Below, in pieces: positions 37,630-48,882 of a DNA stretch of 64,000 bases. The number at the start of each line of letters is the position of its first letter. Positions within the stretch are counted from its first letter, which is position 1. The DNA lies in IMG/VR virus record IMGVR_UViG_3300010354_004913, positions 27,226-91,225 of that record, one strand, 5' to 3'. Origin of the DNA: a virus. The notes below the pieces were generated by a model. The model saw only the letters and a list, made by a program, of their open reading frames with translations, was not told where the DNA came from and did not search any database. Position numbers and translations under genes: made by a program.

Positions 37630-40600
37630 ATGGCATCACAAATCAAACTAAGAAGAGACACAGCAGCCAATTGGACTGCGGCAAATCCAGTGTTAGGAGC
37701 AGGAGAACCTGGTTACGATACTACCAATAGTAAACTGAAAATCGGTAATGGAACTACTGCTTGGACCAGTTTGCCCTACTTTGATGATAAAGTAACTGAT
37801 TTTAGCGCAGTAGCTACTAACGTATTACCAGACGCTGATAACACTAGAGATCTAGGATCGCCAACTAAACAATGGCGTCACGTTTATACCGCAGGCGGCA
37901 GTATCTACTTAGACAATATTAAACTTACAAACGTTGATGGTAAATTTGTTGCTACAAAAGTTATTAATCCGGGACAAATAAACGAAGCACCGGATCCTAT
38001 AGATAGTGATGCCGGCAGTGAAATAGGCAGTGGCGCCGATATAGGCTCACTAAAAATCAGCGGTAGCACAATAGGAACCGTAGACGAAAGTGATCCTACA
38101 GGTTGGGGTGACTATGATCTCGTGCTTAATCCGGGCGGTGAAAGCGCAGCCAGCATTTATATTCCCAGTGTGGGAAATCAAGGCGAAGGCTATCCCTTAC
38201 AGATTTCCAATACACAAGATTCAACCAGTATCATACAACTATTTGGTCGTGGTGGGGTTCAACTCGTTACTAACACCGGCGAAGGTCAAGAAGTTTTTGA
38301 TTTTGGTGATGATGGTAAACTACGATTACCCGTAGGTGGCGATATCTTAAATGCCAACGGTGATTCAGTATTAGGCAGTGAATCAGGATTACCAACTGTT
38401 ACTATTCCTGAAGAACAGGGAAGTACTTATAAAGGACTACAAGTCAGTTACGGTGTCGTACATAGTAACAGCAGTACTAGTGAACTTAATGTTAACAAGA
38501 TTGTAATCCACAAACCTGCTCCGACAACAACCGAAATAGACCCAACAAGCAATCAGGATTATTTTAGAGTTAGCGGTTTAGGTGACAGTGATGTGTTGGC
38601 TATGTTTGTGATTTTTGGCGATGTCAATGGACCAAAGCCACTGTCGGACCTACAGGCATTTGCTGAAGCAGCCATTGACAATGTAATCTTAGATGGCGGC
38701 GTTGAAGGGCAGTATAATACCGTAGCAGATATGAAAGCGGCATTTTATACAAATTATGCCACACTGGCATCAGCCGCAGATGGTTTAGATTTAGACTTTG
38801 AATTTTATCAAACCTATGTACCAACTACTACGGGCACAACCACAGTTCGTCAAGGTTCAGGAGCAACATTTAGCGTAACAGTGGCTATACCTGGAGAACC
38901 ATATGCGACAGCATCGCAGTTTGCGTTTGGTACTAACTATCGTGTTGGACACAAGGTTAAACTGTCAGGCGCCGACATAGGCGGAACTACACCAGAAAAC
39001 GATGTTACTATTACTGTAACCAGTGTAGATGGTGATGGAGGGATCACAGGTGTTAGTTTTGAAGGAACATCAAATGTAGGTGCTAGTCCTGGAACAATCT
39101 ACAATGGCATTTCAGGAACAAACTTCAATGTAGGTTCAGGATTCAACGTATTAGGAATAAGTCAACTGGTAGACGGTAGTTACAGTAGTTTAAATCTAAG
39201 CGCATTGGGGTCACAATATGTAGTAGGCGATGTACTAACTCTATTAGGTGCGAACCTTACCAACGGCACCAGTCCCGCTAACGATATCACTATCACTATT
39301 CAGACTGTTGACGGTAGTGGTGTTCCTTCCGATTGGAGCGTATCAGGTACTATTCCTCGAGTATGGCCTGAAAACAGCATCAGTGATGGCGGCAACGATC
39401 AGTACGATACTGCTAACTATATCAACAGTTTTTATACGACCAATATTGGATATAATCAAGGCAACACCGTAGCAGATGGCACAGCCGTATTTGGCGCAGG
39501 ATCCAGTTATAGTTTTGTCTATGACACAGGTATCTTTGGGCTCTTAGTCACAGGCAATCAATCAACATTCATTGAAACCAGCGGTAACAGCGGAGCAGAT
39601 GGCAGTAGTACTACAGAAGCAGGCAACATCTACGGGCCAGACATTGCCGCTCAAACTTTTGACAATGCTGTCACACACATCAACTTAATAGGCGATCCGT
39701 GGGCTGGTCCAATCATTACATTTGTTCGTCCTGACAACAGCGATGAAACTATCGACATACTAATAGCCGATGACGGCAACGGAGCAGGCGTAGCCATAGC
39801 CAGAAGCAGTAATGGAAACGGTATCTTTAACCCTTACAGAGAAGAAGGTTGGAGCAACAACACCAGTCCTGCAGGCACACTATGGAACACAGATGGCTGG
39901 AACGATCTCAGCAATGTGACTACAAGGATTTATGATAACCTGTATGCAGCTTTTGGCTCAGGCGGTTTAGGTAATAAGATTGTAGGCACAGAATGCGTAA
40001 TGTATTTGCCAGACAACGGCAAATACTATGCTGTTAAGTTTGATGCTTGGACACAAAACAACAACGGCGGTGGATTTGCCTATACACGCAGAGAAATAGA
40101 TTTAGACAATCTACAAGAAGGTATTAGATTCTCTGACGGTACAAGACTTAAATCTGCTGAAGGCATAGGTCGCGTCAAGTTAGAAAGTCCAGGCGATCGT
40201 AAGATTGAAGAAGTATACGGATACAAATCAGTAACACTGACACCTATTGCAACCACTGACATAACTACAACAGCATCAAGAGCCGGCAGTAATACTTTTG
40301 ATGTTTGGATTGACTCTACTGCTACAACAATAGATGATGTTGTTGACAATCCAGCAAACTACGGCAACGCCTATGGTTTTGAATTTTCATTAGACAACAA
40401 TACTTGGTATAGTTGGACCGGCAGCACCGGGTTTGATGGCAACGAACGAGCCTACAGTATAAATCCCACATTGGTTACTTATAATCAAGGTGATACCATT
40501 TACTTTAGATACAAGACTGGTGGCACACCAGTGGTATGGTGGGATAGAACTGAGTTGCCTGGCGGAGGTGGTAACTTCCGAGGCGCTGTCATAGACTATC

Positions 40601-40836
40601 ATGCTTATACCGGTGAATCAACTATCATCGGAACTATACATATTGTCAGAGACAGCGGCGAAGAACATATCAGCCACCAAGAAGTTCAAAGTGGCAGTTC
40701 TGACGGTGAGAATGATGATCTTTGGGTAGTTGATCAAGAAGGGCAGATTAAGTATCGCCGTATCGATGGCGAAGGCAAAACACTAAAAGTACAGTGGAGT
40801 GCGCGAGTATTCTACGGTTCAGAATTCTACGATTAA
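37630..40836 (+). CDS. Tail fibre/receptor-binding protein with Mtd_N domain
   Basis: QIKLRRDTAANW...LGAGEPGYDT..KLKIGNG..W..LPY; DLGSPTKQW. Confidence 0.8.
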   Translation: MASQIKLRRDTAANWTAANPVLGAGEPGYDTTNSKLKIGNGTTAWTSLPYFDDKVTDFSAVATNVLPDADNTRDLGSPTKQWRHVYTAGGSIYLDNIKLTNVDGKFVATKVINPGQINEAPDPIDSDAGSEIGSGADIGSLKISGSTIGTVDESDPTGWGDYDLVLNPGGESAASIYIPSVGNQGEGYPLQISNTQDSTSIIQLFGRGGVQLVTNTGEGQEVFDFGDDGKLRLPVGGDILNANGDSVLGSESGLPTVTIPEEQGSTYKGLQVSYGVVHSNSSTSELNVNKIVIHKPAPTTTEIDPTSNQDYFRVSGLGDSDVLAMFVIFGDVNGPKPLSDLQAFAEAAIDNVILDGGVEGQYNTVADMKAAFYTNYATLASAADGLDLDFEFYQTYVPTTTGTTTVRQGSGATFSVTVAIPGEPYATASQFAFGTNYRVGHKVKLSGADIGGTTPENDVTITVTSVDGDGGITGVSFEGTSNVGASPGTIYNGISGTNFNVGSGFNVLGISQLVDGSYSSLNLSALGSQYVVGDVLTLLGANLTNGTSPANDITITIQTVDGSGVPSDWSVSGTIPRVWPENSISDGGNDQYDTANYINSFYTTNIGYNQGNTVADGTAVFGAGSSYSFVYDTGIFGLLVTGNQSTFIETSGNSGADGSSTTEAGNIYGPDIAAQTFDNAVTHINLIGDPWAGPIITFVRPDNSDETIDILIADDGNGAGVAIARSSNGNGIFNPYREEGWSNNTSPAGTLWNTDGWNDLSNVTTRIYDNLYAAFGSGGLGNKIVGTECVMYLPDNGKYYAVKFDAWTQNNNGGGFAYTRREIDLDNLQEGIRFSDGTRLKSAEGIGRVKLESPGDRKIEEVYGYKSVTLTPIATTDITTTASRAGSNTFDVWIDSTATTIDDVVDNPANYGNAYGFEFSLDNNTWYSWTGSTGFDGNERAYSINPTLVTYNQGDTIYFRYKTGGTPVVWWDRTELPGGGGNFRGAVIDYHAYTGESTIIGTIHIVRDSGEEHISHQEVQSGSSDGENDDLWVVDQEGQIKYRRIDGEGKTLKVQWSARVFYGSEFYD

Positions 40837-40851
40837 TCAAGGGCAAAACAA

Positions 40852-42621
40852 ATGACAACTATTAGAAAAATTGTAACCAGTAAAATAGACGGCGACGGTG
40901 CTGACAACACAAATATCGGCGAAATTCGTCCAAACAATGAAACTGCATTTTACTTAGATAATAATAACAAACTTACACTGATGATGTTTGACGGTGTAAG
41001 AACACACCGTAGAAGTAAAGTTTTAGCACCGGGTGTACTATGGGGTTCTAATGCTGATGCTGGTGACGACAGCGGTTCAGACACAATCAAGTTAATACCA
41101 GATGCTGAATTATTTGCCGCAGGCAGTAATCAATATATTGTAGTAGATCCCACAGGCGGTGAACCAGGACACATACACCTTAGAGCAGGAGGCACACAGG
41201 ACGACAGCACAGCAGACTTATATCTTGGCGGTGAGCAAAACTTTGTTAGGATCAGTGATACTAACGACAGCGTAACTATAAAAACAACCTTTGTAAGCGA
41301 CGGCGAGAATAACTATTTTTGGAACTTTAACAGTGCTGGTATTTTAACACTACCTGGTACTTTAATGTTTGATAACGGTACTGAAGTGTCAGGGAATAGT
41401 GTAACTGTTCCTGCGGATTCGACATTTGAGTTTAGCCTAAATCATTATCCCACAGCGTCAGGCTTGGCCGCAGCCGGCAGTTCCCCAGACTACTTATTTG
41501 TGGATATCACTGAAAATGACGACATTACTGTGGTACAACCAGGTTGGCAGATCAATTCTGGTTCGCCTTCGGCACCTATATGGAATAATGTCATAGAAAC
41601 AACTACTATTGGCAGTGAGTATAGAATTAATGTTTTAGGATTTACTTTTATACCAACAATGACTTATACATTTAGAAACCCAACGATAGCAGAATCGCTT
41701 TGGCAGTTTGACGAATTTGGTAACTTCATAACTCCAGGTAGTGGTTCTATCAGTCATCGAGATAACGATCTAAAATTAGAAGTTGTTGGAGGCACTGATG
41801 TTATTGTATTACGCACAGCAGGCGGTGATGTTGTTGTTACTTCCGCAGGGGATCTACAGTTAGACGGCAGTATCTTTACCGGAGGAATAGTAGAATTAAC
41901 CAATACAGGTGTTCTAAACACTTTCAGTCCTGCACCAGGCAGCGGTTATTACTTTAATATACAGAGTGCCAACGACTACGGCGTATCTATTAGATCTACA
42001 GACCTAAATGGAGACACTAAAGATTGGTTATTTGGCGTAGACGGCGGTCTAACTCTGCCCTACAACAATAGAATTACTGTTGGCGGTGACATGGACACCA
42101 ATGCTATCAACTTTATTCTTCAAGACAGTCTTTCAGAAGATACTCATCAGTTTTCCTTTGATGCCAGCAACGGTTATCCTTCGTTGAGTTTTCCAGACGG
42201 CAGTTTTCAAACCACAGCGTGGTCGGGCGGTCGTGTAGTTGATGTGCCTACAAGTAGTACAGGAACTACAGGAGACCTACAAGGTGACTTGGCGTTTAGT
42301 GCTGGATACATTTATTACTGTATTCAAAACTTTGGAAATTCAGTTAATCTTACCACATTAGCATCATCGGGTACAACTGTTTGGGTTAGTTCCGTAGGCT
42401 ATACTGGAGACTTGGTAGCAGATTTTACTGCTAATTCTACAGGCTGGACATACAATGGCGTAACTATCAATAGTGCTACTGCTGACAACACTTTTGGGCC
42501 TGGATACGCATTAGGAGGAGCGACTGGATTTAGCGTAGTAAACGGAACCGCTTATACCTTAATATACCCATCTATTACAAATATTTGGAAACGCATTGCC
42601 TGGAGCGGAGACACTTGGTGA
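40852..42621 (+). CDS. Putative tail-fibre/structural protein
   Basis: Repeated 'W.F...G.L.LP' units; C-terminal 'G..GDLAF..GYIYYC...WKRIAW'. Confidence 0.6.
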   Translation: MTTIRKIVTSKIDGDGADNTNIGEIRPNNETAFYLDNNNKLTLMMFDGVRTHRRSKVLAPGVLWGSNADAGDDSGSDTIKLIPDAELFAAGSNQYIVVDPTGGEPGHIHLRAGGTQDDSTADLYLGGEQNFVRISDTNDSVTIKTTFVSDGENNYFWNFNSAGILTLPGTLMFDNGTEVSGNSVTVPADSTFEFSLNHYPTASGLAAAGSSPDYLFVDITENDDITVVQPGWQINSGSPSAPIWNNVIETTTIGSEYRINVLGFTFIPTMTYTFRNPTIAESLWQFDEFGNFITPGSGSISHRDNDLKLEVVGGTDVIVLRTAGGDVVVTSAGDLQLDGSIFTGGIVELTNTGVLNTFSPAPGSGYYFNIQSANDYGVSIRSTDLNGDTKDWLFGVDGGLTLPYNNRITVGGDMDTNAINFILQDSLSEDTHQFSFDASNGYPSLSFPDGSFQTTAWSGGRVVDVPTSSTGTTGDLQGDLAFSAGYIYYCIQNFGNSVNLTTLASSGTTVWVSSVGYTGDLVADFTANSTGWTYNGVTINSATADNTFGPGYALGGATGFSVVNGTAYTLIYPSITNIWKRIAWSGDTW

Positions 42622-42651
42622 TTCGGGTAAATATACTAAAGAGAGCGCACT

Positions 42652-44094
42652 ATGGCAATACAAACAGTTAACCTAGGTACTTACGCCAACGACGGCACAG
42701 GCGACGATCTCCGCACGGCTTTTACTAAAGTAATAGATAATTTTGATTATTTAGATCTGATTAAAGTTGAAGACGGTGAAAATTTAGGGTTACTACAGCC
42801 GGGAACACACGGTGTTTATGCCGATGTTAATGGTACTACATTACAATTTAAAAGCATTAAACAAGGTGACAATGTAACAATTACCAGCGACGGTAACACA
42901 ATAACCATACGTCCGGTTGATAGCATCAATGCTGTAGAAGAAGATCCAGAGCCACGATTAGGTGGTGATTTAAAAACTAACGGTAGATCTATTTACAGCG
43001 AAGACTTACCTTTAGAAATTTACGTTAAAAATAGTAATTTAAATTTATACGCATATAATTCAACTAATGGTACTTATAGACCATTAAATTTAAATGCGCT
43101 AACATTGACTGGTAATTATTTAGGTGCGCCTGGTACAAGTTTACTACAAACTAGAACTGATGATAATTTACAAATACAAGCAGATAAGGATTTAACGTTA
43201 ACTACAGTAAGCGGTAAAATTTTTATACAGGGGCCTTTAGAATCTAACAATATTATATCAGCATCATTTGTTGGTAACATTACTGGTAATTTAACTGGCA
43301 ATAGTGTAGGTACTCATACAGGTCCAGTCATTGGCAATGTATTTGGAAATTTAATTGGTAATGTTGATGGTAATGTTACTGGAAATGTCACTGGCAATGT
43401 TTTTGGTCAAGTTAGCGATATAACTAATCATAATCTAGAAGCATTAGCTAATGTTAGTTCAGATGTTGCTGGATTAGGAAATGTATTAACATGGGACGGG
43501 GGTCAGTGGGTTCCACAACCTATACCGCCTGTGACATTAGATTCATTAGTAGATGTAGAATTACTAACACCTTCTCAAGATCAAATTTTAAAATATAATG
43601 GTGTTAAATGGATCAACAGCATTGTTGATTTAAACTTATTATCAGATGTTGAAGTATTTTCTCCAACAATAAATCAAACATTAAAGTACGATGGTACTAA
43701 ATGGATTAATTCTGCTTCAGTGAGTTCTATAGAAGAACTAGAAGACGTTGAATTAAGTGCCCCTGTAGCAGGTCAAATACTACAGTACGATGGCGCAATT
43801 TGGACTAATGCGGCTCCAAATTTTGAATTATCTCTTAGCAATTTTGATTTAGGAGTTATAGGTCAAAATATAACTAATCCATTGCAATTATTATTTCAAG
43901 CATTAAATGTTGATTTTAGTGGCATTGACAATCCTGTTTCGTATAATGTAGACCTAGGAGAAATAGCTCCAGAATGGATTATGGGAGCAATTAGTGGTGG
44001 TGCTCCTGGCAGTTCTGTATTTGGAGCATCATTAGATGGAGGAGCTCCAGAAACATCATCATTTAGTGGAACAGCAGAGGGCGGTGCGCCTTAA
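42652..44094 (+). CDS. gp9/gp10-N-like structural protein with GNVTGN and L.Y.G..W repeats
   Basis: ANDGTGDDLRTAFTKV; GNxxGN tandem repeat; four L(K/Q/T)(Y/W)(N/D)GxxW units; GGTAAATA upstream. Confidence 0.7.
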   Translation: MAIQTVNLGTYANDGTGDDLRTAFTKVIDNFDYLDLIKVEDGENLGLLQPGTHGVYADVNGTTLQFKSIKQGDNVTITSDGNTITIRPVDSINAVEEDPEPRLGGDLKTNGRSIYSEDLPLEIYVKNSNLNLYAYNSTNGTYRPLNLNALTLTGNYLGAPGTSLLQTRTDDNLQIQADKDLTLTTVSGKIFIQGPLESNNIISASFVGNITGNLTGNSVGTHTGPVIGNVFGNLIGNVDGNVTGNVTGNVFGQVSDITNHNLEALANVSSDVAGLGNVLTWDGGQWVPQPIPPVTLDSLVDVELLTPSQDQILKYNGVKWINSIVDLNLLSDVEVFSPTINQTLKYDGTKWINSASVSSIEELEDVELSAPVAGQILQYDGAIWTNAAPNFELSLSNFDLGVIGQNITNPLQLLFQALNVDFSGIDNPVSYNVDLGEIAPEWIMGAISGGAPGSSVFGASLDGGAPETSSFSGTAEGGAP

Positions 44095-44109
44095 AAGGAA
44101 AAATTTGCA

Positions 44110-45600
44110 ATGACTGTTAAAATTCAAATTAGAAGAGGATCATCGCTTAATTGGACAGCCAATGGCACTGTGGTTCTAGCAGCAGGAGAACCTGGATTTG
44201 AAACCGACACTGGAAAATTTAAAGTTGGTGACGGAATAAAACAATGGAACACATTGCCTTATGCTGGAGGATTAGAAAGTTTAAGATTACAAGATCTTGT
44301 AGATGTATCGTCTGCTAGCCCAAGTGTTAATCAAGTATTAAAATGGAATGGTGCCACTTGGGTCCCTGCTACAGAGGCTAGTTCAGGCGGTACTGTGACT
44401 AGTGTTAGCGGAACTGGTACAGTTAATGGTCTTACATTAACCGGAACTATTACTACATCAGGATCTTTAACTTTAGGTGGAACATTATCGGGCAACTTTG
44501 GCACAGAAACTATTACTACCACTGCTCAAAAGAACAAGATTAGATTTCACTGGGACACATTAGTAAGTCTTAACAATGATGTAGATCCTACTATCTATCA
44601 TGGTATGATTGCTCATGTTCACGATCAAGGAAGATTATATTTTGCTCACGGAGGCAGTTGGGTACCAGTAGCTAACCAATCTGAAATTGGTGGCGGTGGA
44701 GGCGCAGTTAATATTAATGATCTTAGTGACGTCGACATTACTAGCCCGTCAATAGGACAAGTATTAAAATGGAATGGTACATCTTGGATTAACGACACTG
44801 ACGCTACAGGTGGCGGAGGTGGAGGTGGAGGTAGCGGCACGGTTACTAGCGTATCTATAACTGCAGCTAATGGATTTGCAGGATCTGTGGCTACATCAAC
44901 ATCAACTCCTGCTATAACAATTTCAACATCTATTACTGGAATTTTAAAAGGAAATGGCACAGCTATATCTGCCGCAACTGCAGGAACCGATTATCAAGCT
45001 CCGTTGTCTCTTACTACAACTGGCAATTCTGGTGCTGCTACTTTAGTTGGAAATACATTAAACATACCTGTATATACAGGAGGTGGTGGTGGAGGTTCTA
45101 CAAGCTTAGACGGATTAACAGACGTTGTTGTAACATCACCATCAGTAGGACAAGTTATAAAATATAATGGCACTGCTTGGGTTAATGACACTGACGCCAC
45201 TGGCGGAGGCAGCGGTCTGACTAGTAGAAGAACATCAAACGTAACTACAAATTCGTTGGCTAATAATGCTAGCGAAAATAGAACTATTACCAGCGCAGCT
45301 AAATCGTATGCGCTGTTAAAAATACAAACATCTGCAGCAGCATGGGTAAGATTATATACAGATACTAGCAGTAGAACAGCTGACGAAGCTAGACTTGAAG
45401 GTGAAGATCCTCTAGCAGGTTCCGGAGTAATAGCAGAAGTTATCACTACGGGTTCACAGACTGTGTTACTTGCTCCAGCTGTAATAGGATGGAATAATGC
45501 TTCACCACCAGTAGCTGAAATTCCAGTAAGAATAACTAATAAATCAGGCAGTACTACCACTATTACTGTTACAGTTACTTTGGTAGATTTAGAAGCTTAA
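44110..45600 (+). CDS. Tail fibre protein with Mtd_N domain
   Basis: IQIRRG...LAAGEPGFETDTGKFKVGDG..W..LPY; three L.DV...QV.K(W/Y)NG..W repeats; poly-Gly linkers. Confidence 0.8.
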   Translation: MTVKIQIRRGSSLNWTANGTVVLAAGEPGFETDTGKFKVGDGIKQWNTLPYAGGLESLRLQDLVDVSSASPSVNQVLKWNGATWVPATEASSGGTVTSVSGTGTVNGLTLTGTITTSGSLTLGGTLSGNFGTETITTTAQKNKIRFHWDTLVSLNNDVDPTIYHGMIAHVHDQGRLYFAHGGSWVPVANQSEIGGGGGAVNINDLSDVDITSPSIGQVLKWNGTSWINDTDATGGGGGGGGSGTVTSVSITAANGFAGSVATSTSTPAITISTSITGILKGNGTAISAATAGTDYQAPLSLTTTGNSGAATLVGNTLNIPVYTGGGGGGSTSLDGLTDVVVTSPSVGQVIKYNGTAWVNDTDATGGGSGLTSRRTSNVTTNSLANNASENRTITSAAKSYALLKIQTSAAAWVRLYTDTSSRTADEARLEGEDPLAGSGVIAEVITTGSQTVLLAPAVIGWNNASPPVAEIPVRITNKSGSTTTITVTVTLVDLEA

Positions 45601-45601
45601 T

Positions 45602-48600
45602 ATGTTGTTAAAAGAATATATTGTTACTTTAAAAAACAAAAGTGACTTAGAAAGTTTCTATTCCGATATGGAACAGAAAAATCAAAAACTTTTTATTCCA
45701 AATCGAGCAGTAGAGTGTGTTGAAAAAAGAAGTATCAGCAGAAATACGCACTATCTACTTAATATTGACGAAGCAGAAGAACTTAAGAAAGACCCTAGGG
45801 TAGCTGCAGTCAGCTTAAATTCTACTGAGTTAGGTCTACAAGTTGAATCACATGCTACGCAGCTAGCAAACTTTAATAGATCAAGTAGCATAGCGTTTGG
45901 TCATAAAAACTATGGCCTTTATCGTTCGTATATTACTAAAAATGATCCCACATGGACTGGGGACAAAGTAGCATCTATAACACTTAATAGAACTGGACAG
46001 GATGTTGATGTAGTTATTGTAGACGAAATACTGTATCCTAACCATATAGAATATAGTAGTAGATCTAATCAAATAGATTGGTTCGCTGAATATGATACAC
46101 TGGTAAGAACTACAGGAACTCAAATTGCTAGAATAGAACGAGCATCTGATAATGTATCTAGAATTACAACTAAATCTCCGCATGGATTAAAAGCTGGAAA
46201 TTATGTAACTGTAGTATGCCCTAGTGATTCTAGTTTTAATGTTACTAATGTTCCTATCATTGATGTAAGTGCTACACCAGTTGGGCTAGGCGGAGACGGG
46301 GTTACTATTAATAGATTTAGATATTCTAACCCGGGCAGTGTTGTAAATGTAATTACAAGAACAGTCATTTCTGTAGCTCGCTCTAACGATGTTACCACAG
46401 TAATTTGTTCATCGTCACACAGTTTATCTAATGGGCAGACCATTGGAATTAATATTACTACAACAGGTTATTCAACTTTTGCCGCAGCCAATGTTCCAAT
46501 AACTATAGTAAATTCTACAACATTTACCTATCCAAATATTGGATCCGATGTTAGCACAACATCAGTGTCGGGAAATGTATATCCCGACGGAAATCTAGGA
46601 ACTTGGACAGGCAATTATCTTTATAATAATTACAGTGGCAATAATAATCATGCTACAGTTATAGCTGGAATTATCGGAGGCAGTACTCAAGGTTGGGCTA
46701 GAGATGCTAATTTATATAATATACGACATGATTATTCTAATAACAATACATTTGTTCCATTAGAATATGTTATAGATTATGTAAGATACTGGCATTTAGA
46801 TAAACCTATAGATCCAGTTACTGGAAGAAGAACTCCTACATTAGTAAATTGTAGTTGGGGTGTTTCTAGAAGTACCACTGCTAGAAATAATTACACAGGC
46901 GGTAACAATACTAACATTAGTAGAATTTTTTATAGAGGGTCTACTATTGAAGCTACAGATTTAGGCAACTCCCCATTAGATGTTGGATTCAGCGGTGTAT
47001 GTAACTCAAATACTGTAATTGGCGAACTCAAGGGGGCACAAGTTGGAAGTACACCAGCTACCACTGTTATCTTTAGTAGTTCCGGATCTACTGGTACAGG
47101 GCAATTCGCTAAAGCATCACTTATAGGAACTATTAATGCTGGAGATTATGTAGAATGTAATGCGACCGGGTGGCTTAAAGGAGCAAGAATAACTAGTGTA
47201 ATAGATGCTGGAACAGAATACATTTTTACAGTTAATTTTTTTAAAAATACAACTGTTACATCTACTTCGACTGCTACATGTACCTTTTATAGTTCAACTA
47301 TGGAAAACATAGGGTTTGAAATAATTACAACTAATTCCACCACAGCCACCGTTACATCAATACCAGCAGCCCTAGGCGGATCTTCAAGTATGATTGATAC
47401 CGGTGCTCCAACAGGATTTAGTGTTAATGGACTTAATACTTACGACGACGCAACTTGGTCTATAGTTTTACCATTTAATATTGTGTTTGCTGGAAATAAT
47501 TATGGGCCAAGTTACGGTAGTGGAACGGTAGGAGACGATGCTTACCTTAACGTTAGCTCTAATAGTTTTGTTGTTTTTGGCGGTGGCCCTGTTTTAGGAT
47601 TTAATAAAGAACCGCAGCCAACTGGCCCAAGTGCTAGAAAAATTGTAATCAGTGGTTCAGATTTAAGTGCTAGAAAAGTGTATACTCAAACTACAGGTAG
47701 TACACCAAACAGAATTTTTAGAATACGATGGGAAGGACATAATGCTCCGGAGGGCGGAGATGTTAACAATCCTACTATGATTTGGGAAATGAAATTCTTT
47801 GAAGCTACTAATAATAGAATTGAATTACACGTAGGATCTAATGCTAATTATCGAGGAGAGTTTACATCATCACAATTATTAGATTATGGTATTAATTTAA
47901 ATTCTTCTACCGTTCCTCAACGATACGCAGCGTTAGATGCAGATATAGAAGACTGTATTGACGATGGAATAATTTTTGTAGGAAGTTCTGGTAATAATAA
48001 CTATAAAATTGACGCCGTAGGTGGATTAGATTACAACAATTATTATGTTGAAAAAGGTGTGTCTTATTACTACCATCGAGGCAGCAGTCCTGGTTCACAA
48101 TCTAATGTAATTTGTGTTGGCGCATTAAGCTCATCAAGTAGTATAGAAAGAAAAACATTTACTAGCAACGCAGGACCTAGAGTAGATTTATATGCGCCTG
48201 CAGAAAATATAATTTCAAGTGTCTATGACGGTTCAGGCGCAGGCACATCAAGCACAATACGTAATACAACTTATGAAGTAAGTATTAGTGCTGTTAGTAG
48301 AAATAATGCTACTAGTACCGCTACAATCACAACAGCTACCGCTCACGCATTAAATACTGGTGATTTAATTACTATACAAACAGTTAGCGACTTTAGTTTT
48401 CAAACTACAATGACTCCTATAGTTGTAACTGGTCCTAACTCGTTTACATATACTAATGTAGGACCTAATGTTGCTGTAAGCACTCCGGCTACTGGTACTG
48501 TATGGCCTGGATACTTCTATCAAAAGTATGAAGGAAGTAGTATTGCGGCTGCTCAAGTTTCAGGAGTACTTGCTCTTGCTTTAGAAGAATATCCAGATAT

Positions 48601-48829
48601 GGATCAAACAGAAGCAAGGAATTATATAACTAGATATGCCCGGGCTGGACTTATGTCTAACACTGCGGGCGGATATTCAGACGATCTAAGTTTACAAGAC
48701 GGTCCAAACAAAATTCTATACTACTATAAAGAACGCGAGATATCTGGATTTGTGTCTCCAAAAGTAAATTATAGAGTACGTCCAGAAAGCGGACTAGTAT
48801 TTCCTAGACCTAGAATAAAACGTACTTAA
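45602..48829 (+). CDS. Subtilisin-like S8 serine protease in the tail module
   Basis: I9-like prodomain (EYIVTL...DPRV); VVIVD, NHAT..AG, NCSWG, SSGN, DLYAP, GSSIAAAQVSG. Confidence 0.8.
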   Translation: MLLKEYIVTLKNKSDLESFYSDMEQKNQKLFIPNRAVECVEKRSISRNTHYLLNIDEAEELKKDPRVAAVSLNSTELGLQVESHATQLANFNRSSSIAFGHKNYGLYRSYITKNDPTWTGDKVASITLNRTGQDVDVVIVDEILYPNHIEYSSRSNQIDWFAEYDTLVRTTGTQIARIERASDNVSRITTKSPHGLKAGNYVTVVCPSDSSFNVTNVPIIDVSATPVGLGGDGVTINRFRYSNPGSVVNVITRTVISVARSNDVTTVICSSSHSLSNGQTIGINITTTGYSTFAAANVPITIVNSTTFTYPNIGSDVSTTSVSGNVYPDGNLGTWTGNYLYNNYSGNNNHATVIAGIIGGSTQGWARDANLYNIRHDYSNNNTFVPLEYVIDYVRYWHLDKPIDPVTGRRTPTLVNCSWGVSRSTTARNNYTGGNNTNISRIFYRGSTIEATDLGNSPLDVGFSGVCNSNTVIGELKGAQVGSTPATTVIFSSSGSTGTGQFAKASLIGTINAGDYVECNATGWLKGARITSVIDAGTEYIFTVNFFKNTTVTSTSTATCTFYSSTMENIGFEIITTNSTTATVTSIPAALGGSSSMIDTGAPTGFSVNGLNTYDDATWSIVLPFNIVFAGNNYGPSYGSGTVGDDAYLNVSSNSFVVFGGGPVLGFNKEPQPTGPSARKIVISGSDLSARKVYTQTTGSTPNRIFRIRWEGHNAPEGGDVNNPTMIWEMKFFEATNNRIELHVGSNANYRGEFTSSQLLDYGINLNSSTVPQRYAALDADIEDCIDDGIIFVGSSGNNNYKIDAVGGLDYNNYYVEKGVSYYYHRGSSPGSQSNVICVGALSSSSSIERKTFTSNAGPRVDLYAPAENIISSVYDGSGAGTSSTIRNTTYEVSISAVSRNNATSTATITTATAHALNTGDLITIQTVSDFSFQTTMTPIVVTGPNSFTYTNVGPNVAVSTPATGTVWPGYFYQKYEGSSIAAAQVSGVLALALEEYPDMDQTEARNYITRYARAGLMSNTAGGYSDDLSLQDGPNKILYYYKEREISGFVSPKVNYRVRPESGLVFPRPRIKRT

Positions 48830-48882
48830 ATTGTACTAGATACATTATCTTTTTTTGGGTAAATACTTAAAACGGAGCTAAA

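Noticed and set aside
44994-45560. 188-aa antisense ORF and the many other 60-130-aa shadow ORFs in the track
   Set aside because: They lie opposite or out of frame within well-supported genes and have no motifs or RBS
37630-45600. DGR-diversified Mtd-like fibres
   Set aside because: Only the Mtd N-terminal domain is recognisable; no C-type lectin variable region, template repeat or RT was seen
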